A stretch of 63,824 nt of DNA, counting the filler, from Folioceros fuciformis (Eukaryota), in the NCBI GenBank assembly GCA_049999805.1. It is 4 parts of 3 records of this genome, joined end to end, with 100 filler letters (N's around TTAATTAATTAA, not from the genome) between each part and the next. Parts side by side here need not be neighbours in the genome. Positions count along the whole stretch, not along the records: positions 19,123 to 42,274 come from JBNGIO010006327.1; 3 more parts are not named here. One strand, 5' to 3'. Position 1 is the first letter of the stretch, and each line of letters starts with the position of its first letter. Below the pieces are notes generated by a model that ran no database searches, was not told the DNA's origin, and was given only the letters and a program-made list of their open reading frames with translations. Positions 22,688 to 33,222 of the stretch are shown in pieces. The position numbers and the translations under genes are program-made.

Positions 22688-25600
22688 TCTCTATACTTCC
22701 TATAGAATATCCATTCAGTTTTCAAGACATCCATTGATTTTTCAAGACAGGTGTAGTGATAAGTTCAAATCCATTGATCATGCAAGCTACTTAGATGCAA
22801 AAGGTTCGCACATTAATGTATGATTGTACAATGGGCTTCAACTAAGATTAGAGAAGTTTGTAGATTATGGGCAATCAACATATAGTCTTGTAAGGTGGGC
22901 TGAACATTTGTATGTTAGGGCTTTGTTAAGATTGCATTTGTATTTTGTTTGCACCTACTAGGGTTAGGGTTCTATTTATTACTAGATATTATGTAAATAA
23001 ACACATTGTTAAAACAAAGAACGAAGAAGGCATTTATGCCTTGAATGCTTTCTACATGCCTTTAGAAGATAAAGGTGACAAGGGGTGAGTTGGGAGTCAT
23101 AGGTTAGGACCAACCCATAGGTCTTAGGGATTGTGCCTGATGTAAGTACCATCACCCTAATCAACAAGAATTTATAACCTAAACCCAAATGAGGGTGTGG
23201 CCTTCATGTGCACCAAAGCTAAAAATTGCATGTACATGGAGTACCATGTGGAAAGATGTACATGTGGAGGTGCAACTTTAACACAACATATGGGTAACAA
23301 ATAAGCCCAAAGTGTGGTGATGATTGGCCGTACAAGAATAATTTGTCACATAGAAGTTCTCAAAGATAGGCATTTGCTAATGCCATGTGATTAAATGAGG
23401 AAGCAACATTAGCAACTGGGGTGTCCCATTCTCCAAAATTAATATGCTTACAACACATTGTCATTTCTTCCAAGACAAGAAGGGTTGCCTAGAAGTGCGA
23501 TTCAACCATTCAAAGCCCATATGCTGGCAAACAACAACTAGAGAGGTAGCTGAATTGCTACTTCAGTGATGCCATGAGAAATAGCAAAGAGTTTAGTTGG
23601 AAGAGCCCAAGGATAGAGTTCTCCAATGTAAGCTCAATCTAGAATAAGCATCAAATTGTGCTGAGAAGAATAGAGAGGGTGTTAGTTGCTAGGAAAGAGG
23701 TTGGCAGTATTAGGGGAAGACATATGTTCTAGGGAATAACTTAGAAGTTGTCAGGTAAGGTACTATACCTGAAGACTTTTGTGCTTACAGCCCTTGGGGA
23801 GGGAGTTCTTCACATCGAACCTAGAGTCGGCTAGCTGGATATCAATATTGGGAAGAAACGGGAGAAGAAAAAGAAAAGGTTTGACTATTTGTGAAACATG
23901 TATTTTTTGATACGAGTGACCCCAAGCCACATTGGTCCAAATACATACCATGGTTGAAAGAAAGAGTAAAGTCAACTTTCATATCTAGGAGAGGTGAACT
24001 GAGCAGCTGAGCATAGGAGAGCATATTTCTTTTTTTTCGTTTTTTTCCCTTTCTTTCTTTGCTTCTGCGCTTGCTTGCTTTTTTTTTTTTTTTTTGGTTT
24101 TGGTTTTGGTTTTGTATTCTTTCCATGTTTCTTGCATTTTGTCAACCTCCTTCCCATTTGTCAACGTACATATGTAGGGTTGTGGGAAGGAAAAACAAAA
24201 GGGACGTATGTTTGTTTGAAGTACAAAGTTATTAGGCTTAAAAGCGAATCTGCTTGGGGAGAGGTGAGTTCCTTGGAGTTTGAATACTCTTTGGCATAAA
24301 ACGTCGGAGTTACGCAGTCGTACAAGGGGAACATTTGTGGTGGCGGCAAAAAAAACAAAAGAAAGAAAATGATTTCCCATGTTTTCCTTATGAGCCTGGG
24401 AGGCCGAGAGCCTGGGAGCCTGGGAGCCTGGGAGCCTGGGGCGGACTCTCAGTCTCGGGGGATGTGTCGATAACGAATCGGGGCCCGCGGTTGGGCAGAT
24501 GGCAGATGCCTTTTGCTGTGGCCGCTGCGCCGCCTTGGGCTCCTCGTCTCGTCGGCGGCTGGCTTGGACGGACACTGTCCCAGTTTGGGCTGTGCTGTGA
24601 TGGGCTGGACGCTGGGATGGGCTGGCCAGGACTCTGGGCATGAGCCTGGCTGGCCAAACACCACACCCCACATTTCGTGGCCAGTGTTCGGGGGGCTGGC
24701 TATGTTTGAAGCCGCTGCAAGTATGTGCTATACTGAAGTTTTGTTACCAAGAACGATCTGGGGAATGAACGGGATGGAAAGGAAAGGAAAGGAATGGAAT
24801 GCATGTCGGAATTTGAAGCACACAAAGAGAGGAGAGGAGAGGAGGCAAGGAGGGAACAGGGTTGGTTGGAAGTCGGCCTGAGCCCCCCGGGGGACTACGA
24901 TGATCTCGATTTAGCGGAGGAGCGGTTGGGTTGATGGGCGAAGCGTGCGAAGGAATCGATGAGGAATTCCGAATTATTCGGCTTTCGCCTTAATGCGCTT
25001 CACAAAGGAAAAAAAAAAAAAAGGTTTGACGAACGGCATTCCAATTCCGAAATTGGCGCACAAAATGTTGGAGTATGTGTGTGTTTCGATGGAGGAATCT
25101 TTGCCTCGGGTGGGGTACGGAAAACGGCAAGCCAGACCAGGACGAGCTGGCCGTCGGACTGGACGTCGACGGCCACAATTCGGACGCCGGCAACTTCGGT
25201 TGGCTGTACGGGTGCACCAGCGGCCACGCCCCACTCCCCGTTCCGTTCCGTTGCAGCGTGCTGCCCTCTGCTGCAACTGCGGGGACGGATGTCACTGATA
25301 TTAAATATCATGTACATACAAACTGTTCCAACTCAGCGCGTTGCATTGCATCGCAGCGCATTGCATTGGATGAAGGTGAGCTCTCCAAGTTCGGTCCCCG
25401 TGACCAGTCCCGTCCGGGTTTCACGACCGAGGACTGAGGATTGGGGACTGATGAGGACGAGGACGACAACTCAGAGCGGGAGCCGGAGCCGGAGCCGGAG
25501 CAGCCATCCTGAGCGCCGCTGCCGCTGCGGCCTCCTCGTCGATTTCCACGAGATTCTGCGGCTAGATGTAGCAGCCGGCTGCGCTGTGTGGATGTGAGAA

Positions 25601-26464
25601 GAGAATCCGCGCGTCAGTGCACTGCTTGTGGACTGAGCTGCAGTCCACTTGGCTTCCCGGCTCTGGCCCTGGACCTGGGCCCTTGCTCTTTCTGCTACTC
25701 CTATAGTCTTGGTCCTGGTCCTGGTCCTGGTCCTGACCTGACCAAGCCCAGCCTGATCGGGAAGAGGCAGCGGCGCAGCCAGAGGACTACCCACTGCGCT
25801 CCTGCTGCCATGGATTACGCTGCTGCTCCAGGTCCGGGGAGGGGGGCTGTTCTCCTCGTGGGATGTGGGGAATGATTCTAGAAGCCGGAATTTGGGATGA
25901 GAATCTTGACAGGGATGGGGGACCCTCGCCTCCACGCACCCCGCCTCCCCCGATCCTGTCGTGCATAAAACACCGACCGATGCTCCCATTCCTTCCCGAT
26001 CTCCACCACCTCTCCTACGCCCTCAGCGCTCCTTCTCGCCGCTCTCGCTTACGCTCCCGCTTTCTTTCCACCGCTCGCTCTAACTCCTCTTTTACGCTTC
26101 CTGTGCTTCAGCTACGACCTCGGCCGCCTGCCGCTCTCCTCTTTGCTCCATCTTCTGCCGCGGTCTGGGCCGCCATCCACTCTCACTCTCCCGCTTACCT
26201 CCGGCTACTCCTGCTTCAAGCTGCTAGGCAACGGCTACCGATTCCCGATTCCCGATTCCCGACACCCGCCCGCGTCTCAAGTGTCAACACCACTTCCTCC
26301 TTCGACTCCTCAGAGGCTGCGCCCAACATTTCCCCTCTTACACTCACACTCTGACTCAGCCTCAGCCTCACACTCGTTGCTTGGCGGCGTCAATCCTGTG
26401 ACGTGACCGCGCGGCAAGGGAGGCGTTGCGTGGAATTTTCGTCAGCAACTGCAGAAACAAATCC

Positions 26465-26845
26465 ATGGCCCTGTCGGATTCGGAATGGCAGGCTTGCCTC
26501 AGCCCGATGCAGTACAAGGTGCTGAGGCAGAAGGCCACGGAGCGGCCCTTCACCGGGGAGTACTATTCGCACTACGAGACGGGGACGTACAAGTGCGTGG
26601 GATGCAATAACAGTCTCTACTCTTCCTCGGCCAAATTCGACAGCGGATGTGGCTGGCCGGTCTTCTACGAGGCATTGGATGGCGCCATCGAGACGCAGAC
26701 GGATTCCGATGGCCGCCGGACCGAGATTGTCTGTGCCAACTGCAACGGCCACCTGGGCCATCTTTTCACAGGGGAAGGATTTCCCACTCCCACGGATGAG
26801 CGCCACTGCGTCAACAGCATCTGCCTCAAATTCTGCCCGGAATAG
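26465..26845 (+). CDS. MSRB: Peptide methionine-R-sulfoxide reductase B (SelR), 126 aa, intronless core
   Basis: TERPFTGEY, Zn ligands CVGC and CANC, KFDSGCGWP, GHLGHLF, catalytic RHCVNS. Confidence 0.96.
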   Translation: MALSDSEWQACLSPMQYKVLRQKATERPFTGEYYSHYETGTYKCVGCNNSLYSSSAKFDSGCGWPVFYEALDGAIETQTDSDGRRTEIVCANCNGHLGHLFTGEGFPTPTDERHCVNSICLKFCPE

Positions 26846-28035
26846 CACGCGGATGCTTCATCTTTCACTCCTCCTCCTCCCTCCCTCCTCCCTAAGGCTT
26901 TTTTTTTGCTCATCCTTGCGGCCATACTCTACCTACAATTGCGCGCAAACAGCCTGCCGCCTATAGCTTCACAATTTTTTTTGACAAGGTCCAAGTTCAC
27001 TGCAATGGATGGCACCTTGGCACACGGGGGAAACTGTAAGGTTCCTCCATGATGCATGTCATTGGCAATGCCACCACAGCAGCTGCTCCGGAATTGCAGG
27101 AAGCCGGAGTTCCTGGAGGTTGTTGTGCGCTACCTCGGTCACCCTTGGGGAAACAGGCAAGGTGCTCTGCTGCCCGGTCTTCTTCTTCAAGCGTGCTGTG
27201 CTGTGCAGTGCGCAATGCTATGCTATGCAATGCAATGCAGTGCAGTGGAGTGCGGCGGAACAACAATATCCTGCAATTTTGTGTGCCGTGCACTGGGGAG
27301 TGCAAATTTTGGGACTGTTACGTCACTTGTTTCTCGGGTTCAACTTCATCTTTTTTTTGCCAAGCCAAGTGTGGCCTGCGTCGAGCTGCCACGTTGAGCA
27401 GGGAGCGGCGAGGGGGAAAAGCTGAGGAATCGGTCCTCGGCTACGCGCTAGAAGTTAGATAGAGGTCGGATAGTTACAAGTGCCGTGCGGATGCAATGCT
27501 TCCTTGCCCTCCTTTTCCGGCACACCGGATATTAGACGCATCAGTTGAAGTGATTCCGTTAAAGCAGTTAGAGAGATCAGGCCCTGGCAGGCTGCAGCAG
27601 CCCCAGACATTCATTAAAGAGAGAGTCGTGTGCACCCGGGGTGTTGAGGTTCCACATAGCCTGCTGGGTACCATGGACCATCCATCCTGTCTGTGCACTG
27701 TAGCCTAGTCTGGCAGATCGCCACATTCATGAACTTGAATGAAGAATGTTGTGTTCAAGCTGTTGTGCTTTGTGCTTTGTTTGATTCCCATCTTATCCGT
27801 CCACCACATCCACACAGGAGCTGCCAGCCACCAGCAGCACAAGGACAAAACAGATCCCTACCACAAATCAAGTCACTGTGACAGAAAATTGGCTTCTGCC
27901 CTTGCACCTGGTCGCACCCTCTCACATCGCACTGCTCCAGACCTACTCTCACTGCCACTTCAGGACGACTGTTGGTGGGCGTGGCGCACAATTCCATTTC
28001 GCTCACGAGCCCATTGTCCTGATCCTGATCGCTCC

Positions 28036-30246
28036 TCAGTGAGATTGGAAGAAGGCAAGGATAGGGTCATAGATATCGGAGTTGGCAGTCGTTCCCGTGA
28101 TGAAATCTACGTGCGCGTAGTTGGGTAGGTCCACAACTTGCACATTCCTGTTCAAGCCCTGCCTCAGGAGTCCCACATCGTCCGTATCCGCCAGCCAGTC
28201 CTGCCCCCCACAGCCCAGGAGGATGGGCAGGTTTTCGGGAACTGCCCCCAGGTTGTAAGCAGGAGGAGAGGAGGAGCCGTAGCGCGCCAGGTTGCCAGCC
28301 AACCCGTAGTCGTGTTTGGCAAAAGTTCCGGTTCTGATCACTGCACACATTTCCAGGCAAATTTTGGTCAGCCAAACTGTTTGAGCTGTCCGGATCATAT
28401 GAAGTCAGCAACTCATCCCGAAACCGGCGCTCGGAGTAGACTCACTTTGTGCCAAGTGGACCAGGTTCTTTGTACTTGTGGACTGGGGCTCGAACTGCAA
28501 GTAGTAGTCCCACCTGGAGTCATTGAAACAACAGTTGGGTCCTGGCCAAGAAAGCATGTGAACCCATGCTCTGTCAGTCAGCCCGATTGACACATGGTCA
28601 AGACAATGAAACACACAAATCAAGTCGAATGTGCTATCTGGCTTGGCAGATGCATTATTATACTCATCCAATGTAGGCCACAAGATTTTACCAGTCACGG
28701 CTGTGAGCAGATCACCACAGTCAACTCCCTGAGTTGCACAAACCTGCTCAAGTAGCGTCCTCCCAGCGTCACTGCGCACACATCAAAAGAGTACGTCCCG
28801 GAGCTCTCAGACTGATGGGTCGATCCTCAACCGTCCCGTCCCGCCCCTCCCCACCTTTGCATATGGAATGACTCGTGCTAATTTGATTTGATTGCCGGTG
28901 CATACTGGAGTGATGGTGCCCCAGCACCAACTGCTACTCCAGGCTAGTGCTTCCCCAGACTACAAATTCTGCACACATGTCCATTATGTACTTACGTGTT
29001 CACGCCAAACTCTTCGGGTCCTCCGTTGTTGGATAACTGTGGGCCAACCAGGACAACGAGAAACTTCAGTTTCTTAAGGTGGCCACACAAGGAACAGGAT
29101 GGGAATACAAGCAATGCTTACCTGGTCGATATACATATCGGCCGCAATCCTAGCCAACGTGGACTGGACATTTCCGAGGAATGCTATAGGGCTCAGCAAT
29201 GCAGCAGCTGCTATGTTGTCTGTCAAGCTTGTGTCCTGACTGAAGGCTGCCAATGCTGTGATTGTGCCCTGCATCAAGGTTCCCACCAAGTTTACCTACA
29301 CTTGCAACTCTGCAACAACAACGCAATATGGCCCACCCATTTCGGTTTCCCCAGCAATACCAGTTAGCAATTGCACGTCTACCTGAGAATGGCCAACGTA
29401 GTAAATGGGAGTGTTCCTTCTTGCATAGATGAAGGATATGAACGCTGGGGTGTCGTAGGCTGCTAGGTCATCCCACGTCCAGTCCCAGAAATCCTGCATC
29501 CAGATTTAAAACTAACTTGCTTTCAAACTTTATCAGCTAGACTGTCATAGCTGATCAAGTTGCCGTGCAACATACAAACAGCAGGTAGGGGAGAAAGTTA
29601 CTCAAATACTCACCGAATCAGACCTCAGCAATGAGATGTGACCATGGCTCCACGTTGCGGTCCTGGAGCTCCCGATCCAAACATCGTAGCCAGCGTCTGC
29701 AGCTATGTATGCCAGGGACTGCTGCGGATTGTTCAGAACCCAGTCATCGCCTCCCTGCGGATGAGGTGCAAAGCTTATGATCAATTCTGCCAGCACCATG
29801 AGCATAAGCGAAGAGACTACGGAAATCGCGAATTCAGGTTTTAAAACCCCTCCTCGGCAAAGAAACTGAGAGGACCTCTAATATTCCGTGCTGCAGCAAC
29901 ATTGGCTTGCCCAACGCAGCTTGTGGTCCAGCAATGCCATGGGGAATGTTCTGAAGGCCGAGAAGAAATCCATCCTGGGTTTGCACCTAAAATTCATGGA
30001 GACAAAACACAACGCCCAAATTCAAATGCTCGAACGCAGTCTCGCAAGCTTTACAGCTCATAAACGATCTCAAAATTTTTGGGGAAGGTCACGTGAGGTC
30101 ACCGTGTACTCAGTGCAAGGGTATCCATTCCCAAGGATGATAGCGTCACAAAGGCCCTCAGCTCGAGTTCCTTGAACCGAGGCGAGAAGGCAGAAAAGGA
30201 TGACAAATAGATTGGGAACGATGGTGATCCCGTCTTTCTTCGCCAT
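28036..30246 (-). CDS. Secreted acid/triacylglycerol lipase (LIP1/gastric-lipase-like alpha/beta hydrolase), multi-exon
   Basis: Signal peptide, GYPCTEYTV, TQDGFLLGLQNIP, LLQHG, GYDVWIG, FWDWTWDDLAAYD, GHSQ|G nucleophile split by an intron, DWLAD, YAHVDF. Confidence 0.93.
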
Positions 30247-31411
30247 CCTCAAAGACCTTTCAACAAAACAGGATGGGGAATAGAACTGAGCTCGATGAAT
30301 CACTTCAGACACACACCAGGTCAAATTCGCAGTACTGGATCTGGAAGTGCTTCAACTCCCGTTGAAGAACTGAAGCCTGCACGTTCAGCACGTCGACACA
30401 GCTAGTTGCCTATCAGGATGCCAGGAAACAGGCAATTCACAATTCACGGTATCCGGCAGCACCGCAGAATGGAGCAGACACAATCTGCGATGAGAACAAT
30501 CCTGCCTCACCCAAGGTTCAGTTTATATACATCTGTGACTGTGGCTGAGGTTGGTCATAGTTAATAATGTGGTTTGAAGAACTTTCTGTTTGCTTCCTGT
30601 GAGTAGACTGCGCATGGTAGACGAAACAATCCGCCAAGATTGTGGATTCTTATCTAGCCTCTGGGTAGGTGAACCTAGCTGGAGTCTATTGTCGGCTGCT
30701 ACTTGCCGTCTATCCTGTGTCTTTCTGTCTGCATGGGCTCCGAGAGTTTGCACCCTGTTCACACACTTCCCACGATCGCCTCACGCGAACGCAAGGTGCA
30801 CTCTATGTGAACCCGTCCACAACTGGAGTTGGAGTCAAATGGCTGGAACATGCCATTTGTGTGGCGGCTATGAACAAACTATACTCGTCAAGAGTTGATG
30901 CAAGCCAGGTGGCCTGCTTTATCGCCGTTCACAGTTTGGACGTAAATACATTCTGGACAAGATAGAAGCGTTCTCCTAAAAGGAATGCGTCTGAGTGTTA
31001 GAGGTCACCCCCGCTGTGCACGACAAAGCTGGCTGGCGGACAAGCCTTGCATCGGGCTTCCCCCACGTTCCCTTCTGATCTTCTGCTTCCCGCGTGCGAG
31101 CGATACATAAGAGGCGTCGTCGTTTTATGACGGCACATTGCCTTTGCGTTGGGGACACTGTTTGAGGAGTATCTTGGAGTAAAGTAAAGAGTGTGTTCCA
31201 GTCGAGGCTCGTGGTTACCTACCATGTTTGGGTAAGGCAACAGTCTTTCAATGCTGTCTTTCCATACATTCTCGAACCATAGCCAGCTTGCACACTCCCT
31301 TGGGCAAACACCCCCCAAGCCAGAGCATCCTTTGTTGTGGAGAGTTGCGTGCCGCAGCTTGCAGTGTGGCCACAACAGGAAGCATATGGAGGAGAGACCA
31401 GAGGTGTCGAA

Positions 31412-32675
31412 TCATCTCAGATTGAGATACTGCGCTTTGGCTGACTTCAGGCTTGGTCTTTTCGTGCCGTCATCAGCCCTGCAGTAAGACCGAAAAACCT
31501 CGTTAGGATATCAAGCACTGCTGCAAGGTTAAACGTCGGAAGGCCGACAGAAGCATACCTTAGAATTGCTGGTATGGATTCGTCTGGTTCTTTCCCCTTG
31601 ACATCTACTGTCGTGATCTCTGTGCTGCCATCTTCCTGAGGAGCTCCCTCTTCACCTACCTTTGGGGCTTTCTTGTAACCATATTCGATGTCTTCCGCAG
31701 GTTTGACAGCTAAGAACAAAGGATGCTGCGCACACAGAACCAAGCCTGTCTGTCACCAATAGCGCGTGTTTGAGCCGAATTTGATAAAAGATGTCGGCCG
31801 AAAAGTTGTCACCTGATAAACAGCTGCAGCCAGGAGTTTTTTCCTCCGTTCTTTCAGGGCTACCGCAACGTTGGCATTAGTCTCCACAAGAATCTCCCCA
31901 ATTTCTTGCCACGACGATGACGAGCCATCCTAACCGTCAAGCACAAGCCAGGTCTTCAAGAAAAGGGCTATCCAGAACGGGAGATTCAAGAGAATTTACT
32001 TCCATCGATCAACGAAAGGAGCTGTTGACACATTTATGACAGTAACACAGCGAATGAAGACTCACTTCACCTATTTTCCGAGCAACAACCACAAATGTGT
32101 CCACACCACTGGCTTTCGATACGTCAAGTGTCCTGCACCACCCATCCCGCAACCACTCAATCAAATTTCACGACTAACAGGCAAACAAAAGGAAAACACT
32201 CAACAGCCTTGATTCGGTACCACTCACAATATTTTGTGTCTAGGTTTTGGCTCAACACGCTTGCTGAACCCGGTTCCTGACTCCATCACCCATTTGGTTC
32301 CAGCTCTCCTGCAACAAGGTTATGCATCCGAGTGTTACTGTGCAAAACGTCAGTGCCACAGGGAGTCATGCACCAGACCGGTAGAGCTGGTAGAGTTACC
32401 CTCTCTCCTCAATTTGAGTGCAATTCCTCCCATCCCTAAAACGAGGCACAGTCCTGCAAGTGATCAAATAGTGAGGCGGCCTGTGCTAACCACTCAATGC
32501 CAGCCAAATGTGAGCTCCCAAGATGCACGTAAGCCAAAGCCCCCGCAGCTCATGACGCCGGAAACAGTGAAGAATCGCGGAAGTACCTGAGATGCTCCAC
32601 GGTGGTGAATCGAGACCAGGTTGAGAGGCCAGACAGCTGTGGCGCGAGCGCGGGAGGAGCCACACGGAGCGCCAT
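31412..32675 (-). CDS. Predicted plastid-targeted protein, HHL1-like, 7 exons, about 222 aa
   Basis: Exons 32675-32587, 32480-32400, 32308-32228, 32132-32066, 31929-31813, 31725-31559 and 31478-31412 are phase-compatible with GT-AG introns. Transit-peptide-like N-terminus. FVVVAR..W..IGEI...QHPLF..IEYGYK recalls HHL1 from memory. Confidence 0.7.
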
Positions 32676-33222
32676 GTCACCGGATTGTCACTGTTAACAG
32701 GCCAGGCAACGTCCCAACTGCACCGCCACTCCTTTCAAGTGTTCGTCTGCTTTAATACATCGTTTTGTCGCATAACAGGATATTGATTAACACAAGATCA
32801 GGAAGCATTACCTATTCAATCGGAAACGGTCATAGCAATCCGCATATCACGCCCTCGCGTATGGATGACAGAGGTGTCATGAAAGCATGTCAGTTGTCGT
32901 TGAAGTCCCCGCCCGGCTTCAGAAGACATGATCCTGAAATGGGTTGAGACATTTGCACGACTGATGCAAATTCGCAACCTGATTTTCATTCACGATCCAG
33001 CTCTCGCTAATTGAACATGGTTGATACGCATTTGAGTAACATGTTACAACCGGAATGTAGGTTTGCGATTTGAAGCTTTCCAGGCTTTGCGCTTGTCCAG
33101 CATGAGCTGAAATTGGTATGAATCTGGATGGGACTTGGGAGTGAAGTTTAATGGTCAGAGACATAGTGAGATTGGTTAGTTGAAGGTATGCTGCCGTAGG
33201 ACGAGGGTCGTTTGTGTTCCTG

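Noticed and set aside
23050-23750. Possible decayed LINE reverse transcriptase
   Set aside because: Only faint motif echoes; too degraded to support a call by eye.
23985-25989. Many overlapping ORFs of 100-230 aa
   Set aside because: GC-rich, SSR-laden sequence yields low-complexity translations with no recognisable domain.
27739-28128. ORF with a signal-peptide-like start (MKNVVFKLLCFVLCLIP)
   Set aside because: It is antisense to the lipase last exon and 3' region, with no other support.
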